A stretch of DNA of 63,753 bases, the filler included, from Klebsormidium nitens (taxonomy: Eukaryota; Plantae; Klebsormidiophyceae), in the NCBI GenBank assembly GCA_000708835.1. It is 4 parts of 4 records of this genome, joined end to end, with 100 filler letters (N's around TTAATTAATTAA, not from the genome) between each part and the next. Parts side by side here need not be neighbours in the genome. Positions count along the whole stretch, not along the records: positions 1 to 31,520 come from DF237758.1; 3 more parts are not named here. The stretch is one strand, 5' to 3'. The position numbers and the translations under genes were made by a program. Below are positions 1-12,810 of the stretch, piece after piece; within the stretch, counting starts at the first letter, position 1; the number at the start of each line of letters is the position of its first letter. Under the pieces are notes generated by a model, which searched no databases, had not been told where the DNA came from, and saw nothing but the letters and a program-made list of their open reading frames with translations.

Positions 1-104
1 CAGTATACGATATCGAGCAAAGCAGATAGCAGATACGCCATACGCGCGCGGACAATATACTGGGACGAGTTCGATATGAAGATTCATAGACTCGAATCGT
101 CACA
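1..104. repeat. Possible LTR terminus (ends ...GAATCGTCACA)
   Basis: Ends in TCACA and shares ACGATAT(A)CGAGC..AGATAGC with the TG-starting segment at 31426-31520. No partner LTR or PBS is visible. Confidence 0.25.
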
Positions 105-113
105 CCGGGGCAA

Positions 114-392
114 GTGGGCAGTCGAGCCCCCCGCCAACCGAGCTGCTGCGACGCTCTAACCGGGGAGGTTATCCTAACCCTGCCTCCTAACGCCACCGCA
201 ACTCCAACCCCTTCTCGAGAAGTGACGTCAGCACCGATACCTGGAACGGTTTCACCAAGCGGCTCGCCTGCACCGACGGATACACCGACCGCAACTTCGG
301 TGCCCATTGGAAGCCCCGGGTCTACGTCAGCGCCCGGAGGATCTCTGATTACGGGACTGGTGTGCAACGCGGTGTCAGCGTATTCAAACCAG
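114..392 (+). pseudogene. Pro/Thr/Ser-rich exon-like fragment (extracellular glycoprotein-like)
   Basis: Open frame TLPPNATATPTPSREVTSAPIPGTVSPSGSPAPTDTPTATS flanked by Cys and ending at a good donor (CAG/GTAAGG). No other exons identified. Confidence 0.3.
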
Positions 393-2444
393 GTAAGGTG
401 GAGCCAGCGAAGGGGGCGTGCCATTCTGCTGGTAATCACAATGGCTACAATCGATTTCAGTACGATCAGAAAAAGTTTTGAACCCGCTGCCCACGCGCAA
501 AGCCGATGCGCGGATCCATTGCCAGTGTGTTTGACAATCTCCTCCAATTTCCATGCGACGCCCTAGCTCCGCCACGTGACTTCCTCGTAGGCCTGCATTC
601 AACGTCAAACCTCTCTAAGCTGTTTCTACGGATTAAGAAGCGGTTCTGTGCTTCCAAAGCCAAGCCCCGTCCTCAACAAAACGCCTCGTAGGCCTGCGGT
701 TAAACCAACCCGCTCTTTAATCTGCTTGGACGGTTTGGAATCCGGATTTGCTGCCTTGCGTGCTCCAAGCGCCAAGCCGATCCTCCATCCTCCTCAGCCT
801 GCAATAAGCAAGCTTGAGCCGTTCCTGATCTAGTTCCACTTCTTTTCCTTCTTCGCATGCAGTGTTTCAACGCGGCCGGCAGCCAGTCGACGTGTTGCAC
901 TAACGTGGGCTGCCCAGCTCAGCCGGGGCCTCTGCCGCTCTGTGCCGACGGCACTACCGGGCAGCCGCCTGTTGATCCTTAAGAAACCAGAGGTGCGAAT
1001 TTCGACTCGTTTCCGTTTCCTTTCTTCAAGCCTTGTCGTATATTTTAGATTTTGCTTTGCGAATCGTCTTTTGCGGTCCGAAAGGCTTGCAACGTGTCAT
1101 ACCCTCATGGAACACGGCAAGACTAGCTTGCCTTCTTTGAGTCTACTAGAGCACCGTCTTAGCACTACTTCTGCTCTTTTAGTGAGAGACACCGCATAGG
1201 TTGTAGCTGTTTCTATTCTGGTAATGATGTGAGGCGTGCTGTGCTGAACTTAATTTCCTTCAATTGCCCCTTGAAAAGGTGCGAGGATCAGACGCTGAAA
1301 TTGCATTGAAAAGAAAGGCTCTTCCTTCGTGTAAAATCTGGAGCTCCTAAATCCCTTCAGGTGCTAGCCGTCGCTCACCATGCTCTACCAGCCCCTTCCT
1401 TTTTTGACCGCTGGAGTTCCCTGAAAAGCTCAACCTTTTCTTCCAACTTGAAGGTCCTGGAAAGCACCGTTTTGGACAAGCGCAACTCTTCTGTCGAAAC
1501 TCCTCGAACCTCGATCAGCTCGTATGAGTCGGCTCACACTTTCAGCGCTTGTCGTGCAGCAACCCCTCCTACTAGTAATTTCATGAGGTGGCTCCGGGGA
1601 CGGGACCAGCAATCAAGGAAAGTTGGAAATACGGACCTTTTGTGTTGTTTCTTGGAGGAAACCACTTGTATAGCTATGTGTTTGCGGTGCATATAAGGCC
1701 TTGTAGTTAGTCTCAGGTGCGAGTCAAGTGCTGGCAGGACGATAAGGGCGACTGAGCAACTCGATCAACGATCACACATACCCTATACTGCTAGTCGGTT
1801 ACGGACGCCAGCTTTTCTAGTTGTGAACCCAGCTAGTTATTACGTGGCCTTAATTTAATCAGACCCAAGGCGCAGTTCCAAAGCTGATTTGGTTTCAAAC
1901 ACGAGGAGATTTGCAATGAAGATGCTTCCTCGACGCTTCCTTTTGGTAATGCATGAATCAGAGTCGCATCCAGGTTAGAAAAGGCCCGTTCTTTGCAAAC
2001 GGTGAGCATCATGCTGTGCCCGAGCTGTTTGGAGCATCACTCGGACTGTGACGATAACGGCTGGTGCTTACAATCACGGTCTGCTTCTGGTGGGTGCCTT
2101 CTCTGCTTTTTTCGCATTCGGTGCCTTCTTCGGTGCCTTCTTTGCTGAACTGTGCTTACTAATCGTGACGCGCTATGCTTACACCGATACCTTATCCATG
2201 CAGCGTACGAACAGCTGCTTGTAATACTTCTAGTATTTGGCGGCTGATTCTGTTGTGTGTTGGACGCACAGCCTGTGGCGTGTCAATCTCCTCGGATACG
2301 CCGCCGCTTTTTCCTTGTTTCTTGATGATTGAGGTTGGATCGGAGGGGCTGGCGCCTCAACTGCCTGGAAACAGCTGGTGCCACAATTGGTTTCAAATAT
2401 GCTTGCTTTTCGCAAGTCGTCACACAAGGAGGAAATCGAAGAAG

Positions 2445-2514
2445 TTGGCAATGACGCTGCATGCCTTTTGCCACATTATCAATCTAGCCATTCTGAGGGC
2501 AGTACTTGAGCCAC
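2445..2514 (-). promoter_or_regulatory. Repeat-head module copy A
   Basis: TTGGCAATGACG 2445-2456, TTGCCAC, TAGCCA, GAGCCAC 2508-2514. The repeat is seen directly; a regulatory role is inferred. Confidence 0.45.
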
Positions 2515-4061
2515 TCATGATGAAGACTGTCTTCCTCATCGTGACCGCAAAAGATCTTTAAAGACTCGGAGCATTCCCGGGCAATGACATTCGAGCTTGT
2601 CTTTCAAGTCTGCTCGTACAGGTCCGCTAACTTCCGTAAATCGAATCACAATTTTGGTTGATCGACTTGCTGTTGTCAAGATCTACCTGTCAGGCGTTTT
2701 GCGCCTGTCGTGTGGTCATCTATCTTGCAGCATGCCGAGTACTTCGTGCTTGGCGGGATCCATCGTAGTATCTCGGCAGTGACTTCACGTGCCTTCTAAC
2801 TCGTCCTCCGTTGCCTTGGCCCGCTTTCTGTTCCGGCTTCAATGAGCGTACGTGCTAGAAACGCGACGCTGCAAAAGACGTAATTCTCACCTTGCATAAC
2901 GAAGCCGTTCTTTGGTACCAATAAGGAAAGTTGACGCCTGCAAATGTCTTCAAATCAAGAAACTCGTTGCTCAAGCTGAGGCACCTGCAGCCATTTGATT
3001 CTTCAACGGCCAGTCGACCTCGCGATGGGGAGGGCGCTGGGATACTTTTTGCTTTATCCTTTTCCGCGCTTCTCTTTCTGCCTAATTTACGCTTCTTCAC
3101 AACGCAAAAGTTGTCACTGAAGAGCCACGTCTGATTGTGTCAGCGGTCGTCTGGTGCAGCATGCCTGAAGAAGGCCGGCAGTTGTACACCAAGGATGGAA
3201 ATCGGTGATTTAATCCGATTTTCCGATTATCCGATTAATATGTGGGGCCTCTTTGTACCCATCTGCGGAAGTGACCCTTCGTTCCCGTTCTACTATTCTG
3301 GACGGTAGGTCTGACAAATGTTCCGCTGGTCTTGATCAAGCTCGACAAGTTGGCGCCAAATTTTCTGCCTTCAAGTCGATTGTTTGTACCAATCGCAAGT
3401 TTTCAGTCAATGGAACTTAGGGTACTTAACGGCTTGCAATCCTACATTTGAACTTTTTTTGGTTGCCGAGGAGTGTTTAAGGGGTTGGGACCATCTACAC
3501 AGATAGGTGGCTCCAATGACTAGCTTCCTTTCATAACGAGGCGATTTGCCCATACGATCAAGCTGTTTACGAAACCCGCAGCATCTTCTATGTACGCGGT
3601 AGTATTGTGGAGCAGCAGGAATTCCTCTAAATTGCACGTATGAGTCGTGCTTTATTGTCGCACTGCAGGATTATCTCCTGCTAACGAAGCTCTTCTGTAA
3701 CGTTTTGTGCTGACATTACTTCGTTCTTTCGGCGAGGATTGCCGAGAACCCGAGCCCTGAGTGGGCAACAAGGTTCATGACTTGGTCAATACTGACGCCA
3801 CATCCTGGCTCTTTAAGGGTGGCTCTAGTTTATCTGCTACATCATTTTCTTTTCATTGGGTCAAACGACTACACAACAGTCCGCAAAGTCCCCGGATGCG
3901 GAAGTCCCTGGATGGCATCCGTTCCTGTCCAGATTCGGCGAGTTCAATCTTCTTCCGGCTTTTATCCCTTTGGACAAGTCTGGAAGTGGCGTCTCAAACT
4001 CCAGAAGGTTTTCACGTGCAGCGCTTTTCCCTTTCAGCACTAGGAACCGGAGAAACGCTAG

Positions 4062-4130
4062 TTGGCAATGACGCTTCGTGATGTCTGGCCTCGTGACGCT
4101 AGCCAAGCACTGTTTTTACTTTTGTCAGAT
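4062..4130 (-). promoter_or_regulatory. Repeat-head module copy B
   Basis: TTGGCAATGACG 4062-4073 followed by CTGGCC and TAGCCA at spacing similar to the other copies. Confidence 0.45.
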
Positions 4131-5539
4131 TGAGCTCTTTGTACGAATCCGTTGCCCACATGCAAATTAATTCAAGATTGGTTTCCCACTTTTGAAAGGA
4201 AAGGTTTAACGGAAGTGCCTGCTTTGATTGTGCGCATAGATTGAGGTGGCCACCCTCGGCGCTTGAGAAATTACGTTTTACGTTTTTAAGTGCTGTCGAA
4301 TCCTTGATCTGCATGTCAGCTTTGACGCCTCATGGCGGCTTCAATATTCCACCCGATGATCGTTTGGTGAATCTATTAGCCCGACGTTACTTGTTTGGAT
4401 TTCCGAATTAGAGCACGCCATGTTCTCAACAAAGATTCTGAACTCTCTAAGTGTCCCGTTCATTGGGTCTGCATTTCATACATAAAGCCCAGTATGCCCA
4501 ACCTGCTAGGTTTGCAAAGCACGCAGCGAGGCGTGTGAGCTTCTCTTTCCTTCGCATCACGAGCTCGCTGAATTTTCCGAGCAAGTTAGATCGATGACGT
4601 AAGCAAGTCAATATCCTTTCAAGCTTCTCTGCTCAGTGAGCCTGATTCTTTTGACGCCTACCTTCAAAGAACAGCCGACAAACAAGAAGGCGTGCGAGTC
4701 CTCTGAGTATCTTTCTCCGTAGCAAGTCCCTCTGGTTTCGCTGGAAAGGATGACATGCAAAGAAGTCACATATGAGTGCGCCCGCGCTCATCGTTGGCCA
4801 CATATCCGAAACCGGCCGGCGTGATAGAAAGACGGAGATCCGTTATACATTCTTTTGTTGGCAAGGTACGCTTTCTTTCAGGGGCGACACTGCCCAGTGG
4901 CAGCGACGCGGCTTTCAGAGACGTGTAGGTCGTTGCGATTCTGAGTCCCATGTCTCCTGCCATCAAAGCGACTGCAAGAGTGTTGCCTAACGGCTACTGG
5001 TTGCGGATCCATCGTGCCGGTGAAAATGCTCGAAAGACGGTATGCGGAATTTGTGGCTCCTCACAACCAGGTTGCCGATGGCCAATGGGGTGCGAGGCCA
5101 GATCGAGGCAGCCAGCATCATCGCCTCTTTTCTAATGAGTTGGCCAGGAAACGGCGCTAAACGGCGACCCCATATGTACGAAACGCAAATGGCGTTCTTT
5201 CTTATCTGTCTGCCACACCCTCCGGAAGAATTGAGGAGAAGCTGAAAGTACGTAACTTGATGACGAGCGCAGGCACACACGATGATAGAAGACTGACACG
5301 CCTTGCCCATAAGATTAAACCCAGCAAGAACTCGCCTCTCAAATGGACGGATGCAGCAGCTAGTTCGTCTCGAGGCCACACTCTTGAAACACGGCAGTTT
5401 CGTAAGTACCAATCAATGATCTCCACCACGGCGCTATGGAACTAGCAAGGTCATACGACAACTACGGTAGATCACCCAGCGAACCTGCGCGCTTATTTCT
5501 TGGTCGACCGTGACTGTGACTTAATGAAGAGAGTCGTGC

Positions 5540-5627
5540 CTGTACGTACGTGGCTCGCAAGGTAGAGATCGTCTCCTACGATGGCCATTAGAAGTGTGTG
5601 GCCAGAGGTACTCAACGTCATTGCCGA
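5540..5627 (+). promoter_or_regulatory. Repeat-head module copy G (inverted)
   Basis: TACGTGGCTCGC 5547-5558 (contains ABRE core ACGTGGC), TGGCCATT, GTGGCCAGAGG, CGTCATTGCCGA 5616-5627. Closely matches the reverse complement of 12718-12810. Confidence 0.5.
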
Positions 5628-8600
5628 AAGTGACCGTTGTCAGATTCTGAGAGCTTCATTAGCGTGTGAGCGAAACGGAAAAACGGCAATCTTACATAAC
5701 ATCTCAGTGTCAGCCCTTTGTCTCCCCAAACAGGATCCGCAGGCGGAGCAAGAAATTCTAATCTGGTTAGAGACGGACGTAGTACTACACAATGCAACAC
5801 CGCTGACAAGCGCGCAAGTTGCCTGTAAAATCGAGCGAGATGGCTTCGCTTGTCAGAGTAGGGATAGTTATGTCCTATCCAGGAAAGGAACAGAACAAAA
5901 AAGAAAACAGCGATCGATATCGAACAAGGCAGCCATTCAGTGCCAAAAGCAACTTACGAGGCTGCCTCGTGGACCGCATGGTGTTCACGCTGCAAAATTG
6001 TGCATGACTCGCACGGTGCGCAGAGCGAATGTTTGAAGACGGGCGCTTCCAAATCACATCCCCCCTCGTTTCGTGACAGCGTGCTTCGTCGGATCCTTCT
6101 GGCACCTTGGTTTCAGTCAAGAGAAGCAAAGTGCCCGCTTCGAACTGGAAAAGCGCTGGCATCAGTGCCTGGGATTCCGAAGCGGATAATGAGCGCGGTG
6201 GATTGCTCGTTTTGCGGCATCATCCTTGACATGTTTTGGATGTTTCTATGCATTCGGTACATTCTGCTAACCGTGAGATATAACCAACTTCACAGGGACG
6301 GTTGTTTCGTTGACGATCTGGAGGCAAACTTGGGCAGTCAGCGTGCCTCTCACCTCAGATGACTGGGATCATCTAGCATGGACAAATGGACTGCCAGATG
6401 TTAGATGGAAAGCCCAGCACGGAGGTATGTAGAGAGTCCTTATGGCCTGATGGTTTCTTAGATTTCAAGACTGGTGTCAACGATAGATAAGGAGAGCCAA
6501 CAAAGGTTGCATGGCTTCAGGACCTTGTCGACAGAAGTCGAGAATAAAATGCGCCAAGCAGACAGGCCGATGCGCGCGGCCGAATATCAAATCGATGGGC
6601 ACCGCACAATGAAGCTAGGCAGCACACTGGCCCAGAACACCAAAAACATTCAATCCGTTTAGGTCCTTGGAATCGCAAATGATGTTGATTCGATGGGCAG
6701 AACCACTTCATGCGATCTCAAAAGCGGCGTACTCTGGCTTCGTTTATTTACGGAGTCGACATTGATCTTGCCAGACTGTGGGCAATTGTATCGAGTCCTG
6801 CCAACCTAGTACGTAGTACGTCAAAACCTTCCAAAGGAGCAAGTCGAAAGAACGTGAATGAGATTGCCTAACTCTGCCTGAATGGAGGGCTCCAGTTCAG
6901 TCAACAAATGCTTTGATCTGGCAGGCTTCACGTATGAGCAGACAGCCGCCATAAATGGCTTCCATTTATCTTTTTGTTTCCGGTTCCCTGCCTTCTTTAC
7001 CTTTTACGGCAGTAGTTGCTCCTCAATAAAGACAAGCTCATATGACGGAAGTTTGAGCCAGTGTCGAGAACTTCAATGACCTGGCAACCGTACTGAAGAA
7101 AGTCGCATTTGAACCTCGAGCCCTCAATTCCTCAATTAACGGAGAAACCTTTATCCACAAAGAAACGGAGTCAAACTCCGCGCAGAAGTGTAGGTGAAGG
7201 GGGCGTGACTTTGGCGCAGAAATGTTCGTCCTCAACCGTAGAACCAAAAGCTAACCAGCCGACGAACTGCAGGACTAGCCGACAAATCCGGTCACGAACT
7301 CTTGAGTTGCCCATGTCAAGAAACATAATTGTCTGGAAAGGAGAGCCATCCCTCGGAAGGAGTTCACACTAGCTTCAGCTGTCAACAAATAGAAGTATAT
7401 GTCTCCGCTGTCATGCATCGGTACATCCCATCAAAGGTTTTGTCATTTTGCCACTTCAGTATCGATAGAGTCAAACGAAGTGTTCGTGATAGTGCTGCTT
7501 TGCGGGTTAACATACTCTTGAACTTGTATTCCCGTGCTATAGACTCGTTCAGTGTTCGATATTGTGATCTCTGATATCAATTTTTCAAATAACGGCGTCA
7601 ACTAGATGGGGTGGTGGGAATGCTCGCTGCTCGCGGCCTGTCCTATAAGGCTCTTGCATCAGCTTACACTAGCTCGGGCTTTTCGCTGTCCCCTTACTTA
7701 TGGATCCTCTCGGAGCGTCATTCCCGAATCTCTCTGTAAGTTTTTCGGCGCTCGGGATCAGTAGTTGACCCTGCAATTGATTGCCATTGCCATATCTTGT
7801 TGTGTTTTAAAAGTAAAAGCTTATTGCACTTGTTCTGCTCTGTGATGGCCCTACGTTGGCACTATTGTTGCCGTTTTACTTTGACACCAGCATGGATTCT
7901 GTGGCTGGCCTCGCTTACGATGCTCTTATGGCCGGTTGCAGACGAAGATTCCACGTTTGAGAGTAGCTCTAGGTCAATTACAACTTTCCTGCTCCCAGTC
8001 GGACCGGCAACCTTGAACCTGCTTTACTGGACCCGTTGCTCTTATGACAAGCTTGGTGCACTCGATCCTATTATCAGCTAGCGCTCATGCACTTCGAACG
8101 AAGGTGTTTTGCAATTCTTAATCTCCTTGTATTCTTCTCTACTGCTAACCGCAATCAATCTTATTGGCAGCAACTCTTGGTTGCTAGACGTTTTCCCTGA
8201 AGTTTGATCGCTCCTGAGCACTCACGGTTTGGTCCCAGATCCGATCGCAACTTCATGTCGGCAAGGACGAACCGCCAGCATGGGCTCATTGAGTGGGCGT
8301 TATCGAACCCACAAGCAATCGAACGAAGGCACCTATCCATCATCTGAACGTTAAGAATGTCGTTTGAATATGTACTTGGCCCGTCATTGTTGCTCGATCG
8401 TAATGATAAGGCGACTCCTGGGAATGATTTCTGTTCACAAGCTCGCCCTAGAAATTTGAAGAACGGTTCCAGATCACCCAGGTGTTAATGCTGCCCCAGT
8501 CTAGCTGTGAAGCTTGCTACCTTGAGGGTACGGCCAGCCAGACCCGGAGCTTCTTCGTTATCTTCATGCCCATTACATTGGTGACTCGTTTCGTCTGTGA

Positions 8601-10512
8601 AGGGCTAAGTGCTGCTTGTCTGATAGACGCTCTAAACGTGACATTGGAGCTTCTCCGACTTCTTCTGCAGCAACTTGAAGGACGATCTAAGAATTGATCG
8701 GCTGAGCTGGGTAATGCTCGCGCCGTTTTCAACCTTTTTCAGATGCTGCTCGACCTTATAGACAATGGCCACGTCGGTCACCGGTGGCCTTGAGATTTCA
8801 ATCGCTACTTTCACCATGCTTTCCTTTTCGAGCTTGCCAAACCCTTACAAAAGCAAGGTACCGCTTGCCTCAGTTGGTTTCCAAGTTGTGCGGCTGAATG
8901 AGTCGCATCTTCAGGCTTCAATCGTCTTCGAGACTTGTGCCTTCCATGACCACATGACACACCGTAAGTTGGATTGAGACGATTTTGTGGCTGTCCAAAC
9001 GAAAACACCCGCCAGCTCATGACCCAACGCGCCTCGCTTTTTTTGCTCGTATATGTTAAGAGCTAATAACACTCTATCAAATCTTGCTTTAAGTTGATTG
9101 TATGCAGGTTAAGCCTTGCAGTTCGTGTGCTGTCAGCCTCTTTGCCGGGTCCGCAGACCAAAGATACTTCTGTGACAAAGGGTTACCTCCTCGTCTGCCA
9201 AGAAAAGCTCCCTGTTTTCGTCAGTGGTTGTGATGAGTCTACGAAAGCAGATCTGCTTCAAGGTACCAGAATAAAATAGAAGTCAGGGCCTTGACACTTT
9301 TAAAGCTGCTTATGGCTCAAGGCTTTTATTTTGAAAGGCTTTGACGAAAACTGGCGAAGAAAAAAAACAAGCTTCCAACCGTTGGGCAATCGGGGTTGTT
9401 CTGAATTAGCCAGAGTACGTCTTCCGCGAGCGTCTGGACCAGTCTCAAGCTCTCTTGCGATTGGATTTAGAAGTTTTGTGCTTGCAGGAGAAGAAAACGC
9501 TTGATTCAGGTTTCTGCCTCTTTGTCGATGTGTTGCGTATCTTTGATGCGCGCTGCTCATCGTCCTATCGCTCGGTCTCGTCCTTTGGCAGGTGCTTTAC
9601 CGGTGCATTTGAATATCTTTCTTTCTCTCGGACAAGCTTTGTATTCAGCCTTGCATGTGGGAGCATTTCGTCACATTCCTCCGGCGTCAATTGCGCACAG
9701 TCGGGACTACCCAAGCCCTCACCAGAACTTGTTGGAACTTGGCTTCAATCCTCCTCTTTGACTATCCGACTTTAGTTCGGCACGCCTCGACCTTTCTCGA
9801 CTCTGTAGTTGACTTGAATCACGGGAACGCTGATGGCCCACGTTCACCATTTGGGCAGCTTGGTGCAGGCATACAAGTGTCTCTTTCGCAGTAAAGCCCA
9901 GGTTTGTTGACCATTTAAGGAGCGTCTGGATTATGGCAAGGATGACATCGCGCACGAGCGGTTCAGCGCTCACGGATGTAAGTTTCTAAGTGTGCTTGAT
10001 GCCAGCCCTGGCCAGCTGATTTTTGAGGCGGCGGCTGTTTTACTTTCCCAAACGGAAGCAAGGCCCAGAATAGATCCCCAGCGAAGTAATCACCAAAATC
10101 AGGAGTTTGTAGCTGATAGGCGCTCAAAATAAAAGCATCAACTCGGCGAGTGCGTTTAACCCTGTTCTTCCTGAAAAAGTGCGCAGCGATGACGAGATGG
10201 TGTCGGCGAGCTCATTACGTCTCAACGAATCGAACAGGTCAGCGGGTCGGATCGCAGCTGCTGCTTTTTGAGGTGTTCTTCTCAATTCTTCTCTTCGGAT
10301 TCCTGATCGACCCAACGGGCAATTTGACGGTGTGCGGCGCCATTCCCCGTGCACGTGCATACGTGTGTACTTACGGTAGGGCTTTCCCACTTCGTCCAGG
10401 TTCTTCTTTCAAGAAAAAGGGTCGGCAAAACAAAGATCAGAAACACCGTCGTTTCTGTGGCGCAATCTGAGACGCGATGCTAAGGCCATTCCCTGGCTTA
10501 GAGGGATGGACG

Positions 10513-10594
10513 TTGGCAATGACAATATACTATGGCCGCGCACTTCATTGGCCAGAACAAGGAGGTTTCTTGGGCGAGCCACGTATCGGCACGA
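10513..10594 (-). promoter_or_regulatory. Repeat-head module copy C
   Basis: TTGGCAATGAC 10513-10523, TGGCCG, TTGGCCA, GCGAGCCACGTA 10574-10585, GGCACGA. Confidence 0.5.
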
Positions 10595-12717
10595 GTGATG
10601 GCCTGCCCCTCAAATCATAATAAAAGACCAAGCAAAAACCTAATTAACAAATTTTGCATGCGAGTGTTTGCTTCTCTTCTGTTCAATCGAGTCCGCCACC
10701 CTTGGCGCTTTCTTCATGCTTCTGAAGATGGGTTTTTTCCACCCATCTTGATCCGCCTGTCAGCTTCGGATTTGACCTTGACGACCTTGATGTCGCCAGA
10801 TGACGCACTTCGGCCGGGTGCTTGTTGTCCAAGTACGGAACTAGGCCCGAGACATAATGCTTCGATGTAATCCATCTCGATCGATCCAATTCAAAGTTTC
10901 CCGGTCGTCCTGGCACTGTCTGCGTATTTCTTTTTGGAGCCCATGAGTGTGCAAGCTTCGCAGCGCAGCGAAGCACTGAAAAATGAACGTCCTTTTTGTA
11001 CACTGTGAGGGATCCTGACATGACAATTGTACTCCCGGTTCATTTCCCTTCTTTGCCGGAGAGGATTGTCTGCAAATCTGGGCCCGCCATCTAGCTGAGC
11101 AGATTTCTCTGCGGCAACATCTCGCTCGATGCTTATTCTTTTGTCTCATTAAAGTACAGCCTGTTCGAAGTTATATTGACGAAATGCAGTGGTGTCGGTC
11201 ATGATCAAGGGCTTGTTTAGACGAGCTAGCCAGTCCGCGTCCAAGTCGTCGTGAGGTCTGGAGCCTTGGAAGCTTTCGGAGCTGGCCCCAAATCCGCTAA
11301 GCTCTTGCTTGAGGTTAAGGAGAGTAGCATGAAAGCAAAAGCTCTCAAGCATAACCCGCTTGTAACATCTACGAAGCAGGCCCGCAAAAACCTTTGATCG
11401 TTCTCATTTTCGCCAATTCACTTTCGACTTACAAATCACTAACACTGCATGCTAGCTTTTCAAGCAAATTGTCGTGATTCTTTTGGCAAGGATCGTAGCT
11501 ATGAAATTGCCCATTGCCTGGGCAGAGATGAGTGCAAAAAGTTCTCGATGATGCCGAACGAGTCGCCTTCCTCGAATGGCTGGCCGGACTGGTTTCAAGC
11601 TCTTTACTCTATTTACATGCAACAGGATTTGTTTCTCGAGAAGTACTTACCGTCCAAAATCTTTCTGTCCCTCTGGCCACCGTGCTGCACATCAATAATG
11701 TGCGGAGCCCGTCGATCTCGGCCTCGTCCTTCCTGGGCGGTGCAAAGATTCACTTTTTGCTTATCTGAAAACCTTCCCAACGCTCCTGTGAAAGCACCCG
11801 TCTCTCTCTTTTGTTGCATCCGGCATTCAATGTGCAACGTCGGGCCCCCACGGCTAGACTGCCTTCACTGTGGCTACTTGCATCATGAACCTTCGACCAA
11901 CCCACGCTAGTCCAACTTTCTTCCAAAAATCCTTGATATTCTCTAAGATGATTATAATCAGCATAGGCCCCATGCATGTGATCGCCCACTTTCAACCCCC
12001 AGGGCAGCTCGCAAGGATCTCAATAGCTTAAAGTTCAGTGTCTAGGCTGAAAAAGTCAGGCTATGCTATGCCAGATGAATTTGAGCGTCCGCTTCATGGC
12101 AGGAGTGACAAGGGACATGAGAAGTTCAACCCCGATCACGTTTCTCTTGGCATGGGCATGCCAGACAATATTGATGCCAGCTTTTTGCAGATTGACAAAG
12201 CGGCTTTGCCCTCTTTCTGACCGAAGATAAGGCGCAGATTGGATTCAGCCGAGTTACGCTGTCGCAAGGCAAGGGAAGACGTGTTTCGACTGCTCCCTTC
12301 AACGTCTTCGAGGAAGTTCTCGCTGCGAGAGCTTTGGCAATTGCGCCGGTTTGTCAGCACAATTCCGCAGCAATGACGACCGTGCTGTCCATGAGGGGGA
12401 GCCTCACAGCGAGTTTGTTGGCCATTGCTGAGGCTGCCTGTTTCGCGTTTTTCATTCTATTTCCTGAAACTTGAATGTTTTACTACCCTTACAAATAAGC
12501 AATTTCAGGCTTGCTCAACTTAATAGTCGAGCATGCAAGTACTTTTATTCATCGTGCTTGCGCGCTTGTTGCGTCCATGATACGACCTTTCTTGTTTCTC
12601 CTCAATACCTTCGGGTCGCCCTTTCAAGGGGAGAGCTGGCACTCCAAGTTCAAAAGCTAGGCCGCCGTTAAGTTATACATGAGTGGGTTGCGCTTAAGTT
12701 CTGACGAGAGGAGAAGT

Positions 12718-12810
12718 TTGGCAATGACGTTCAGTCCCTCTGGCCACGCGCCTCAATGGCCAAGGAAAGACCCGGATGGTTCTTTTGCGAGCCACGTACG
12801 TGAAGGCACG
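12718..12810 (-). promoter_or_regulatory. Repeat-head module copy D
   Basis: TTGGCAATGACG 12718-12729, TGGCCACGCG, TGGCCA, GCGAGCCACGTA 12787-12798, GGCACGA. Confidence 0.5.
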
